A program made the position numbers and the translations under genes. Below the pieces are notes generated by a model. The model saw only the letters and a program-made list of their open reading frames with translations, made no database searches and was not told the origin of the DNA. A stretch of DNA of 57,521 nt from Patescibacteria group bacterium (GTDB lineage: Bacteria > Patescibacteriota > Minisyncoccia > Moranbacterales > UBA11712), in the NCBI GenBank assembly GCA_030018805.1, contig JASEHL010000001.1, positions 1 to 57,521 on the forward strand, given 5' to 3'. Shown here one piece after another: positions 1 to 9,154 of this stretch (its first letter is position 1; every line of letters starts with the position of its first letter).

Positions 1-361
1 ACCCTCCCAAGTCTTTGATGATTCGTCCAATGGTAGAGATTTTAGGACACTCAAGATTATGAGTCCGGCAATATTCCAGAAGTTCCGGGTAGAGCTTGTC
101 TTTTCCAAGATTGGGGTAAGTGAAGCGCTGGCGCTTGATTTCAGCGATTATTTCCTCCGGCCAGATGCGAGTCCGTTTCTTCTCGGGAGCGCGGGACTCA
201 TCATTCAGAGATTCCAGTTTTCCGCCGGATGTTTTCACTCTCGCTTTCCAAGAAAAAAGAGTTCTTCGTTTTACTAGAAATGCGTCAAGAGTGGCTTGGA
301 GACCGTGCTTTTCCCAAAACACCAGCGTGCGAGCTTTCTTGAGCGCCTTTTCACTGACCAT
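1..361 (-). CDS. transposase, N-terminal part (IS481/IS3-type HTH region), truncated by window edge
   Basis: Own translation from the ATG at 361..359 gives MVSEKALKKARTLVFWEKHGLQATLDAFLVKRRTLFSWKARVK...SRAPEKKRTRIWPEEIIAEIKRQRFTYPNLGKDKLYPEL. The frame stays open to base 1. The ORF is absent from the track because it runs off the window. Confidence 0.5.
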   Translation of the reverse strand, partial: MVSEKALKKARTLVFWEKHGLQATLDAFLVKRRTLFSWKARVKTSGGKLESLNDESRAPEKKRTRIWPEEIIAEIKRQRFTYPNLGKDKLYPELLEYCRTHNLECPKISTIGRIIKDLGG

Positions 362-460
362 ATACTTGTATTTGAGGTAATGATTATACACAGTAATGAA
401 ACCCCGAATACCAGTATATTTGCAATGTATTTTATGAAAAAACGGCACGCATTTACTTTC

Positions 461-1399
461 TCATAGAGTGCAATATGTTAATGAACTTATGCAGCCGACT
501 TTATCCACAGCCCTATGGTGAATTTCCCTCAATTTATTCCAGTCAATGGATACATAGTGATTTTTGGTAGTTCTGATGTCAGAATGGCCGAGAAGTTGGG
601 CGGTGATGAAGATGTCGCTTTCGGCAAAAATCCTGCTTGCGAAAGTCCGTCGGAAGATATGAAAGGTGATATTTTTGGAAATACCGAGATTCTTCCGCCA
701 GCGTTCAATCCAGTTCTGCGCCCCGTCAATGCTCCACCGGCGCGCCTCAAATTGTCCGCAATGTGAAACAAAAAGAGCTTCGCAATCATCCGGCCGCGCC
801 GTCAGATATTCTTTGATCAACTCGACCGCCTCGTCGCTGAAAAATACCGTCCTGTATTTTCCCCCTTTTCCGCAAACGACCGCCTCTTGGTTCAAAAAAT
901 CTATGGAGTCCCGATTCAAAGACAGCGCCTCGGTTATTCGCATGCCGGAAGACCGCAAAACTTCGATCAGGCACTTCCAGCGAAGACCCTGAATGTTGAC
1001 ATTTTTCTTTTTGATTTTCGTTTCGATGTTTTCTTTTATCCGCGCGATTTCTGATTCCGTGAGAATTTCAATGAAATGATTTTTGTCCGGCGTGGGAACT
1101 TTTATTTTTCCCGCGTCCAGCACTTTGTATTTTCTCTCGTCCCGGCAATATTTCAAAAACGCTTTCATCGTGTAGAGAATACTTGCCACCCGGGCCCTAC
1201 TGCAATTTCTCCCAAAATATATTTTCTTGATTTCTTCAAAGTGTTTCAGCTTGATTCTTTTGATATTGATGTCCCCGAAATGCCTTTTGAAAAGTCCGAT
1301 GCAATCCCGACACTTCGCAAGTGTTCCCTTGGCCCTGTCTTTTTCAAATTGAGCCCAGAAATAGTAGTCATCTTCGATTCCAGAAATGCGCATAAACAT
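461..1399 (-). CDS. tyrosine recombinase / phage-type integrase
   Basis: 312 aa. The C-terminal catalytic region reads HIFRRTFASR...LLGHSDIRTTKNHYVSI, which fits the R..HxxR..Y pattern. Confidence 0.85.
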   Translation of the reverse strand: MFMRISGIEDDYYFWAQFEKDRAKGTLAKCRDCIGLFKRHFGDINIKRIKLKHFEEIKKIYFGRNCSRARVASILYTMKAFLKYCRDERKYKVLDAGKIKVPTPDKNHFIEILTESEIARIKENIETKIKKKNVNIQGLRWKCLIEVLRSSGMRITEALSLNRDSIDFLNQEAVVCGKGGKYRTVFFSDEAVELIKEYLTARPDDCEALFVSHCGQFEARRWSIDGAQNWIERWRKNLGISKNITFHIFRRTFASRIFAESDIFITAQLLGHSDIRTTKNHYVSIDWNKLREIHHRAVDKVGCISSLTYCTL

Positions 1400-1590
1400 A
1401 GGAGCCCACCGCCGGTGCTACCCTAAACGATGAGCTCCTAACCCTCCAAAAGAGGAGAGGTAGCGGCCTCGAAAGATCGCTACAATTCGATTATAGCAGA
1501 TATAATTTCGTTGGGTAGCACCTGCTTTGAGCAGACAACGAATTAAATTTTCAGATCAACATAGCACCACCCCCGAGAAGTTGTCAAATC

Positions 1591-2430
1591 CTAGAGCAAG
1601 TCTTTTATTTTCGTATTCGGAGAAACTCCCATGACCCATGCTACGCTTTCCGCGTATCCTTTAGGATAATTTCCATCAGTTGACGGCGCGTATTTGGAAT
1701 AAAACTGATAGAGCGTCATATCCGGTTTGTAGGAAATGAGTTTTCCATTCGCGGCATCGGTGAGAAATTTTTTCAAAGCGTTGAATCCGATGTCATAAGT
1801 TTGATAGATGACAAAGTTCTTGTCGTCTTTTCCCTTGATGAGTCCGAGTGAAGCCGAATATGAAGTGTAGCGAAGATTGCCCGGATTGTTGTTTCTGTAG
1901 GCCCGGCTGCCTTTTGGGTATTGCGCGCAAGGAGCGATAAATCCCTCGTGTTTTTTGATCGCCAAAGCCCACTGCTCGATCTTACTTGACGCCGGAGGCA
2001 CACTAGGCGCGTTGTTTGACGCGGGAACAGGCGCAATGTCTTTCCAATCAAATTTATCCGGATCGAGAAAGTTCGCGAAATTCCAAATGTTGACCGCGCC
2101 TTTGGAAATATCGAGATGAAGATGCGCGCCTTTCGTGAGTGATCCGCTATTTCCGGTATACCCGATGACTTGTCCTGATTTTACTTTTCCGCTAGCGTTG
2201 AAAGACGAGAGATGCAAAAACCTTATAATGACATTTTGGCCGTTTGGTTTAAACCAAATCGTATTTCCTCCCTCGAATCCGTAAAATCTTTTCAAGATTT
2301 CTCCGTCAAACGGAGCATAAAGCGGCGTGCCTTTGGACGCGACATAATCAACGCCCAAGTGCCGGGACGAATACCAAGTCCTTTGGGCGAATTTGTATCC
2401 GCCTATTTTTCTTTGTTTCAATGGAAACAT
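1591..2430 (-). CDS. M23 family metallopeptidase (lysin-like) with an extra C-terminal domain
   Basis: 279 aa with LGVDYVASKGTPLYAPFDGEI and GNSG...AHLHLDI, which are M23 signatures. Confidence 0.8.
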   Translation of the reverse strand: MFPLKQRKIGGYKFAQRTWYSSRHLGVDYVASKGTPLYAPFDGEILKRFYGFEGGNTIWFKPNGQNVIIRFLHLSSFNASGKVKSGQVIGYTGNSGSLTKGAHLHLDISKGAVNIWNFANFLDPDKFDWKDIAPVPASNNAPSVPPASSKIEQWALAIKKHEGFIAPCAQYPKGSRAYRNNNPGNLRYTSYSASLGLIKGKDDKNFVIYQTYDIGFNALKKFLTDAANGKLISYKPDMTLYQFYSKYAPSTDGNYPKGYAESVAWVMGVSPNTKIKDLL

Positions 2431-2442
2431 TATTTTTTTACT

Positions 2443-2637
2443 TTACTTTTTATAACTCGGAAATCTATTTTCCTTTGATTGCTCGGCCAATAGTTGCCGG
2501 CGCATTTCCTGATGTTTCTTTTCTGCTTTGCTAACTGCGCAAACTACTATCACGATAAGGATCAGACCAATAATTGCCAACACCATTCCAGTGATCCAGT
2601 CAAAATTTGGATCATCATTGTAGGAGTTGATACTCAT
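2443..2637 (-). CDS. small single-pass membrane protein (possible holin-like)
   Basis: An internal ATG at 2637 gives the 64-aa product MSINSYNDDPNFDWITGMVLAIIGLILIVIVVCAVSKAEKK. The upstream part of the 144-aa track ORF looks non-coding. Confidence 0.3.
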   Translation of the reverse strand: MSINSYNDDPNFDWITGMVLAIIGLILIVIVVCAVSKAEKKHQEMRRQLLAEQSKENRFPSYKK

Positions 2638-2767
2638 ATTTTGTCTTAAATAATTATTCCTCCATTCAGCAAGAGTGCGACCAAGAGGTGAAAAAAAGCC
2701 GACTCTTGCCTTTGGGAGAATAATTCTCCTGCAGGAGGGGCGAACCGTGAGGCTCGCCCGGTTGGGG

Positions 2768-2980
2768 TCATTGCCCGCTGGGGAGGGCGATAGTCGCCAT
2801 GAAAAAGTTGTTGTCGAGGCCTTGCAGGAATTCAGCGCTTTTCTCGCACTGGACGGCTTCCTGCTCTTTGCCCTCATCGCGATAGACGCTGGCCATTTTG
2901 GCGGCGGCCATCAGCACCTCGTCTGAATGCCGGCGGAGTTTCTCCACCTCGTGTTTGAGTCTTCCCATTCTTTGTGCCAT
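2768..2980 (-). CDS. hypothetical small protein
   Basis: 70 aa. A strong GGAGGTG site lies just upstream of the ATG at 2980. Confidence 0.4.
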   Translation of the reverse strand: MAQRMGRLKHEVEKLRRHSDEVLMAAAKMASVYRDEGKEQEAVQCEKSAEFLQGLDNNFFMATIALPSGQ

Positions 2981-3112
2981 TTCTCACCTCCAAATTTTTG
3001 CAGCCAAGATGATGATCCTGGCGCTTGCAACGATCATGATAGAGTTTCTGCGACACAAATTTCCGGTGTTTTCGGCACCACCACATCCACGCACCTCCCT
3101 ATTTGAAATGAA

Positions 3113-3397
3113 CTACTCTTCGAATTGGGGAACACCCGCCATCCACTCTTTCAAAATGTTGACCAGTGTCGGCACGGCCCACGCCACCACATAGGCGACC
3201 ACCGGATTGCTGAACTGCAACGCTCCCACATAGTTGAGGAGAGCCAGTCCTGCCGCTCCACTCACCGCTATTGCGGCGCCTTTCATCATCTTCTTGACGC
3301 TTTCCGCGTCGAATGAGAATTCTTTCTGCATTTTATTTATTTTTAACAAAATTAAACCGCCATGATTGGCGATTTCATTTGATATTTCTATATTCAA
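3113..3397 (-). CDS. small membrane protein (holin-like candidate)
   Basis: 94 aa from a TTG start. An alternative ATG at 3331 gives MQKEF. It has two hydrophobic segments (AAIAVSGAAGLALL and VVAYVVAWAVPTLV) and sits near the lysin gene. Confidence 0.3.
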   Translation of the reverse strand: MNIEISNEIANHGGLILLKINKMQKEFSFDAESVKKMMKGAAIAVSGAAGLALLNYVGALQFSNPVVAYVVAWAVPTLVNILKEWMAGVPQFEE

Positions 3398-3533
3398 TTG
3401 GCTTTATTTTACGATATTCACATAGGCTTGTCCACTTGACTTATCCACCGCTCCTGCTATTATCCTCTACTGCAACATTGCGCGGATTTCGGGGGTAGTA
3501 TATTATATAATCAAATAAAATCTTCAAAAAAAT

Positions 3534-3824
3534 ATGCAAACTCTAGCCAACAAGTTCTATCGTCTTTTGTGTCCAGCCAAAGACCCTTTTTTAATTAGGC
3601 AGGAATATAATATTCCGGATAATATCAGCGTTGCAGTGGATACAAAAGATGATTGGCTCGTCGCAACTTCTCCGGATCTTCCAGGGCTTATCACTCAAGC
3701 ACGAGACACAAGCGAACTTCTTGATATGCTCAATGACGCTATCCTCACGTACTACGATGTCCCAAAACGAGACGGTGATATAGTTTTAGATCAGTTAAAT
3801 AAAATTAACCTAAATCTTCAATAA
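3534..3824 (+). CDS. HicB-like antitoxin domain protein
   Basis: DWLVATSPDLPGLITQARDTSELLDMLNDAILTYYDVP matches the HicB/UPF0150 pattern. Confidence 0.5.
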   Translation: MQTLANKFYRLLCPAKDPFLIRQEYNIPDNISVAVDTKDDWLVATSPDLPGLITQARDTSELLDMLNDAILTYYDVPKRDGDIVLDQLNKINLNLQ

Positions 3825-3828
3825 TAAA

Positions 3829-4161
3829 ATGAAAAAAATACTCTACAGAATCGCCTCTCGCTTTCCTTCCAGGGGCGGCGCCGAATCTTTGGACGACTTA
3901 ATCCGGTTTTTGTCAACGCACGGAATAAATTTTCGTATTGAGGAAATTCACGATGAAAGCGGCGCATATTTTATAGCTGAATCAACCAACGCTCCGAACA
4001 AGGCGATTATAACTTCCGGCAAAACGGTTGAAGAACTCGACAAGAATATCAAGGATGCCATCTTCACCATATTCGATGTCCCGTCCTATTATTGCGACGA
4101 GCGCGTGATACGCACGACCCTGCCTAAAAAATCCGTGGAACTCGTCTATGCCTCCAAATAA
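3829..4161 (+). CDS. second HicB-like domain protein
   Basis: GAYFIAESTNAPNKAIITSGKTVEELDKNIKDAIFTIFDVP follows the same fold pattern as the preceding ORF. Confidence 0.45.
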   Translation: MKKILYRIASRFPSRGGAESLDDLIRFLSTHGINFRIEEIHDESGAYFIAESTNAPNKAIITSGKTVEELDKNIKDAIFTIFDVPSYYCDERVIRTTLPKKSVELVYASK

Positions 4162-4351
4162 TCTTCCGTCAGATTCAAACCAGAAAAGAATATTGAGAGC
4201 CTTCAGAGAAATCGGCTTCACAATCTTACCTCCCTATTCCGGCAAAGGATCGCATCAGTGGGCAACCGATAAAACCAAGGCGAGGAATGGCGATCAGAAA
4301 GATTATGTTTTCTTTTTTCAAAAATGTTTAAACGAACAGGGGGTGAAATAG
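4148..4351 (+). CDS. HicA-like mRNA interferase toxin (short, divergent)
   Basis: ILRAFREIGFTILPPYSGKGSHQW resembles the HicA motif (GF...kGSH). It overlaps the preceding ORF by 14 nt. Confidence 0.45.
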   Translation: MPPNNLPSDSNQKRILRAFREIGFTILPPYSGKGSHQWATDKTKARNGDQKDYVFFFQKCLNEQGVK

Positions 4352-4352
4352 A

Positions 4353-7300
4353 TCACTCTTCAAATCCTAATTTCTTTTTGATCGACTTATACTGCTTGTA
4401 TTCGCTGTCTGTCATATCATTAACGATTGTCTGAGCTTCGCCATCCTTCCCTTGCTTCAAAAGTTCCTGAACATTTTTGACTGTTTCTTCCATAGCCGGA
4501 CGCGCTTCCTCGGTCTTTCTTCGTTGGTCAGACGATTTGGCTTTTTTATATTTTTCGTAGTCGTCATCGGATAAATTGTCCACGATGACCTGGGCTTCTC
4601 CGTCTTTCCCTTCCGCAAGCAGTTTTTGAACTTTTTCGAAAGTCGGCTTGATGTCGATTATATCGCCGGAAGTGGAAATGCCTTTAGTGTCGAGCCCTTC
4701 TTGCTGAAATATGTATTTCATCTTTCCCCGCTCGTCATCATTTGGAAGGTTTTTTATGTATTCTTGCATTCTAGTTTTTCGATCTTCGGGAGATGCTTTT
4801 TTTAGTACTTCAAATAATGCAGCTTTTTCGTCTCTGGTATCCGCTTTTTGGAGTTCTTCTTCTGTTTTTGACGTTACGAATCGGCTAACAAAAGGTGTTT
4901 CTTTAGGTTGCGGAAGCTCACCTTTCGCTATCGCCGAAACAGTTTCCATTGTTTTGGAAATTGTGCGCCCAGCCCCACCAATCAGCTGATCATAAGCGTA
5001 TTTAGCATCCGCAGGAGATATTTCAATCTCTCCACCCGTCTTTTTGGATATAACGCCCGCAGCTCCTCGGAATAATCCGAATGTCTTCGATTTATCAGAC
5101 GGCTCACCTTGCTTATTTTGAAAAAATTGTTCTGATCTTGGCACACCTTCTTTATCCTCTGGACGCATAGGTGATCCAGTCCACTTTTTATTTCTCCATA
5201 TTTCTGATGGGGTATCGAGAATAGTTGGCGTAACTGATGATGGAATGTCAGTCCCTCCGGCAGGATTGTAAGCGTCAAGAGCCGATGCGATGATACCTTT
5301 CGTTGTGCCAAGCGCTCCGTCTTTATTTTTTCCCGCATAAGCATCCGACGCATAATCTGCTGCCACCTTTATCGGTTTGATTCCCCAACTAACCGGAATT
5401 TTGAAATAAGTCGCTCCTTTGTCGGATTTATACATCACGATCAGATTATTGGTTCGATCCCATTTATCAACCTTATCTCGCCAGTTTTCATCAACTGAAT
5501 CGTTCCACTTGTTCACGGCAAATACGGGAACGGCCACGCTCGTTATGGTTGCCGCGGCTACTTTGGGATTCTTCATTGCCTTGAGCATCTTCGTCGAACC
5601 CTGAATTGAAGCATTAGAAAACATATACAGGGAATTGATAATTTGCCCACCGGTTCCTTTTTTATTGAAGTTCACCGTCGCTTCTTTGGCGAGTTTCGCA
5701 GCTTGGTTACGTCCCATTCCTTTTTCGAGAGCAGTCTTATAAACTGATAAGCGTGTCGAATCTTCGAATACGGTGTTCCAACCATCTATTTTTCCCAATA
5801 TATATTGAGCTGTTTTTTTAGCGCTACTCCTGTTTAATTTTTGTATTTTTTCGATATTTAACTCTAGATTTTTTCGGGTTGAAAGTGCCATTCCGCCAGT
5901 TGTTCCGCCATCAAGCTGCATCTGTTGATAGAGCTTGCTGTTCCTGACGACATCGAGCATGCTCGCCGCATCTCTTCCGACAGTCTTTTCCGCACCTGAA
6001 AATCCGACATCTTTTTGCGCGGACATATAGACAGCCATTTCCTGAATGTCCCTGAGCTTGTTTGACAGCACGAATTCTGGGTTAAATCTCGTCGCTAACC
6101 CCGCGTAAAGACGAGTGAATGATCCGACAAATTTAAACACTCCGGGCAATTTGTCGTTCCCGACTCCCTGAAAAACTTTAGCTAGTTTCTCGTCTTCGAT
6201 TCTTAAATATATAGGTTTTCCTTTTTCTCGAATAGCAAGGGTCAAAGGATCGCGCACCTCTGCCAGGATAACTTTATCGTCAAAAGTTTTTCCTATCGCT
6301 TTCGGTTTAACTTCTTTGAAGATTCCCAGATCAGCGTTGTCCCTTGCGAATTTCAAAGTGGCAAGGTTGACGCGGTTCTTTTCAGCCCGTACAATAGCCT
6401 GTTCAAGATTCGCTGTGACATTCGTCATTATGTCCGCTACTTCCCTTTCACTTCCCTTGGCGCGTTTGATTCCCGTCCCTTTTGTCGAAAAGCCTTTGCT
6501 GGTTAGCGCTTGCCCCACATCTTCAGTTTCTTCAAAGAGGCGATTAAGCGGAACGTGATTTTTGTATGCCTTCTTTAGAGTTTCATAGAGTTCATCGCTG
6601 ATGACTTCGCTGTCGCGGAGAATATTTAAAGTGTTTGAGTGGACCTCCTTTACCTTGTCGGCAATTCTCTTGATTTCTCCGGCGTGCTTTTTCACTCCGA
6701 TTTCCATTAGAGTATTAGCCGCTTCGTCATCGGTCATTCCGGCCGCCTTTGTTCCCAACTTGGCATTTCTTTCCGGTGCGTGCGTGGCGATTAAGTATTT
6801 GTTCACATCCGCGTAAAGTTCTTTATCTTTTACTCCGACAGATTTGGCAGTTTTGAGAACATCCATGTCTACTTCCTTGACCGCTTCTTGAGCGAGCTCC
6901 AGTCTTCTCCCGACCCGTCCGTGAAAAAGTGTTTCCGCATCATAAGGATTCAAATCTTTAGAAACTTTGACTCCTGGCTCTCGTTGCAGATTTTTGACTC
7001 TAATCCAGTTGTCCTGCACGGTTTCGCGCGTTTTTGTCCACCATTCTCCGAAAACTGCTTTTTTGGCTTGTTTAAATATGCCAACCTTCGATGGATTCAC
7101 TTCGCCGGGAATCAAGTTTTTGTCCGCTTCAAATATTGACTTATAATCATTACTTTGCTTTAATTGGCTCAAAGTAGAATCTTTTTTGTATGAAGGACTT
7201 TTTAATATATCTTGGTCTGTCAGTCGTGGCGTTTCTTGTGGTAGAGTTTTTTCTAATGCAGAAGCCGTCTTACCAGTGCCAGCCGACGGATGAATGGTGC

Positions 7301-7679
7301 TTTGAGGAAACGCAGGAGCACTAGCCTTCCCCGCTAACTCCTCAAACACAACTTTTGGGTCCCGCACGCTTTTCAGTTTGGATGCCAAAGCGGGAATCTC
7401 ATTGTCGGCCACGCCGACTTTTTTCAATTCTTTCGCGACAGTCGTGGAAAGGACTGACTTGGCGATTCTGTTTGAGCTCACGGCAAGTTTCGCGCCCTCG
7501 ATGAAATTCTTCGCTTCGTCGGCGCTTTTGATGTTGATGATAGCCTTGATCATGTTATCCGTGGTCTTAATCCCCAATTTTTGGGCGACTTTGACCGCGG
7601 CGCGCGGCGTGAGAGCTTCCACGGCTTCCTTGGCAAGGTTTTTCGCCCCGAAGCTGGGGATTATGTCTCCCGCGACCAA
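4353..7679 (-). CDS. large (at least 1108 aa) island protein of unknown function; the true start is probably upstream (see findings)
   Basis: Long uninterrupted ORF. The C-terminus carries two copies of a roughly 45-aa repeat (LLAEGKDGEAQVIVDNLSDDDYEKYKK and LLKQGKDGEAQTIVNDMTDSEYKQYK). I recognise no family. Confidence 0.6.
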   Translation of the reverse strand: MVAGDIIPSFGAKNLAKEAVEALTPRAAVKVAQKLGIKTTDNMIKAIINIKSADEAKNFIEGAKLAVSSNRIAKSVLSTTVAKELKKVGVADNEIPALASKLKSVRDPKVVFEELAGKASAPAFPQSTIHPSAGTGKTASALEKTLPQETPRLTDQDILKSPSYKKDSTLSQLKQSNDYKSIFEADKNLIPGEVNPSKVGIFKQAKKAVFGEWWTKTRETVQDNWIRVKNLQREPGVKVSKDLNPYDAETLFHGRVGRRLELAQEAVKEVDMDVLKTAKSVGVKDKELYADVNKYLIATHAPERNAKLGTKAAGMTDDEAANTLMEIGVKKHAGEIKRIADKVKEVHSNTLNILRDSEVISDELYETLKKAYKNHVPLNRLFEETEDVGQALTSKGFSTKGTGIKRAKGSEREVADIMTNVTANLEQAIVRAEKNRVNLATLKFARDNADLGIFKEVKPKAIGKTFDDKVILAEVRDPLTLAIREKGKPIYLRIEDEKLAKVFQGVGNDKLPGVFKFVGSFTRLYAGLATRFNPEFVLSNKLRDIQEMAVYMSAQKDVGFSGAEKTVGRDAASMLDVVRNSKLYQQMQLDGGTTGGMALSTRKNLELNIEKIQKLNRSSAKKTAQYILGKIDGWNTVFEDSTRLSVYKTALEKGMGRNQAAKLAKEATVNFNKKGTGGQIINSLYMFSNASIQGSTKMLKAMKNPKVAAATITSVAVPVFAVNKWNDSVDENWRDKVDKWDRTNNLIVMYKSDKGATYFKIPVSWGIKPIKVAADYASDAYAGKNKDGALGTTKGIIASALDAYNPAGGTDIPSSVTPTILDTPSEIWRNKKWTGSPMRPEDKEGVPRSEQFFQNKQGEPSDKSKTFGLFRGAAGVISKKTGGEIEISPADAKYAYDQLIGGAGRTISKTMETVSAIAKGELPQPKETPFVSRFVTSKTEEELQKADTRDEKAALFEVLKKASPEDRKTRMQEYIKNLPNDDERGKMKYIFQQEGLDTKGISTSGDIIDIKPTFEKVQKLLAEGKDGEAQVIVDNLSDDDYEKYKKAKSSDQRRKTEEARPAMEETVKNVQELLKQGKDGEAQTIVNDMTDSEYKQYKSIKKKLGFEE

Positions 7680-7802
7680 AGCGACCGGCAGAAGCGCCGC
7701 TCCGAACTGGACGCCTTTTCCGTGATCTTTGTATTTTTCAATCTGTTCTTCGGCGAGGGTTTGAAGCGGTTTCCTTTTTTGTGAGCTGATTTTGGTTTCA
7801 TA

Positions 7803-8201
7803 CTAATCAATTCGTTTATATTTTTTACCATTCAGTTCGATAATCTCAGCGGAATCTTCGCATTCGTTTTTTGCTTCTTCGTCTGGCAATCCAATTTCTT
7901 TCAGAGTTCCGTATTCAACTTTCCCTTTTTCCAATTTTCCGCAGGTGATGGTTTTTTCATCTTCAGTGGGTTCTTTTTTCCAAACTGCGACACCGGCAAA
8001 AATTCGGTAGGAGATCGAGAGAGCTAATTTGCAAGTGATGAATAAGCCTGCTTCGATTCCCGAGCCTGCTTTGATTCCCTCGCCTGCTTCGATTCCCGAG
8101 CCTGCTTCTGCGAAAATATAACCGGTCGCACTTAACCGACCCGCGAATCTCACATAACCCAAACCACCCTCGATCTCGATATGTCCCTCATATGCAGACA
8201 C
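7803..8201 (-). CDS. hexapeptide-repeat (beta-helix-like) protein; start uncertain
   Basis: 132 aa from a GTG start. It contains AGSGIEAGEGIKAGSGIEAG, encoded by an 18-bp tandem repeat. Confidence 0.5.
   Translation of the reverse strand: MSAYEGHIEIEGGLGYVRFAGRLSATGYIFAEAGSGIEAGEGIKAGSGIEAGLFITCKLALSISYRIFAGVAVWKKEPTEDEKTITCGKLEKGKVEYGTLKEIGLPDEEAKNECEDSAEIIELNGKKYKRID
8046..8110. repeat. 18-bp tandem repeat, about 3.5 copies, inside a CDS
   Basis: gcctgcttcgattcccga / gcctgctttgattccctc / gcctgcttcgattcccga / gcctgcttc. Confidence 0.85.
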
Positions 8202-8352
8202 ATCCTCTTTCCCGACGTAATCTTTCCAATAATTGTCGGTTTCCTTGAATTCCTTTCTTTGAATTTTATTCCCAATTTTGAAACTCGCCTTTGCCAGCGG
8301 GAATTTCTTTTCCCTCGATATTGGTGCGACCCGTTTGTGAATTTGAATTTAC

Positions 8353-9153
8353 TCATCGCTTTATTTTTCCTTTGAAATTTTTCCTTATCTCTGCCAATTT
8401 TTCCATATTCTTTTTGCGATCTTCCTCGCTGATTGGAATTTCAGGCTCTTTTGGCTTTGGCGCGGGTGGCCTCTCGGGAAAATCTTTTTTTACGGCATTT
8501 AGGAGAAAAGACCGGTAGTTTCTATAGGTTTTTCCTTTCGCCTCGCAGTAGAGAAATAAGCTCTCCGCTTTGTTTCGCAACTGCCCGACCGATAAATCGA
8601 ATCTTTGAATAAAATAATCTTCATCGTCTTTTGGAATATTTTTAAGAAAATCGAGGGATGATGCGCCGCTAGGCGCGCTCTCTTTCTCTTCTCTTATCTT
8701 CTCTTTACTTCTCTTATCTTGTAATGGACTTTTTTGGGGATTATTATTTTTCCCAGAATTTTCTTGGGAAATTTTGGGGATTTTTTGAAACTTCATTTTT
8801 GACCGCTTTTCCGCACTTATTGACTGATGATTCTCAAATCCAAGGAACTCTATGCAATCTTGATAAACTGTGCATAACTTTTCAACCTCTATTCTATTGA
8901 CAAACTGCTTAATATCTTTTATAGTGATGTCTTTTATCATCGGACAAACTGTCGCTTTGATCACTTCGGGGTCGCTGTCGAGTAATCCATAATCGTCCAA
9001 ATGAGGAATAGACCACGTAAAAAGTATTTTCTCTTTTAGGTTTAATTTATTCACCTGTGCCGATAGGCTGATGCTTTTGCTTAACATGCGTTTTTGTGCC
9101 ATATTGTTTTGCTCTGGGCCGCCAACCCTAGGAAGATTGACAGCCCGGAACAT
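8353..9153 (-). CDS. hypothetical protein, possibly a replication or DNA-binding protein of the island
   Basis: 266 aa. Both the N-terminal region (FTWSIPHLDDYGLLDSDPEVIKATVCP) and the C-terminal region (YCEAKGKTYRNYRSFLLNAVKK) are reminiscent of phage replication-organiser or DnaD-like proteins. The assignment is weak. Confidence 0.35.
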   Translation of the reverse strand: MFRAVNLPRVGGPEQNNMAQKRMLSKSISLSAQVNKLNLKEKILFTWSIPHLDDYGLLDSDPEVIKATVCPMIKDITIKDIKQFVNRIEVEKLCTVYQDCIEFLGFENHQSISAEKRSKMKFQKIPKISQENSGKNNNPQKSPLQDKRSKEKIREEKESAPSGASSLDFLKNIPKDDEDYFIQRFDLSVGQLRNKAESLFLYCEAKGKTYRNYRSFLLNAVKKDFPERPPAPKPKEPEIPISEEDRKKNMEKLAEIRKNFKGKIKR

Positions 9154-9154
9154 C

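Noticed and set aside
8150-8356. The 68-aa ORF (MSKFKFTNGSHQYRGKRNSRWQRR...) as a real gene.
   Set aside because: After the first roughly 15 residues the translation is strongly basic and junk-like, and it overlaps the better-looking frame of the hexapeptide-repeat protein. Only its ATG is likely to be functional.
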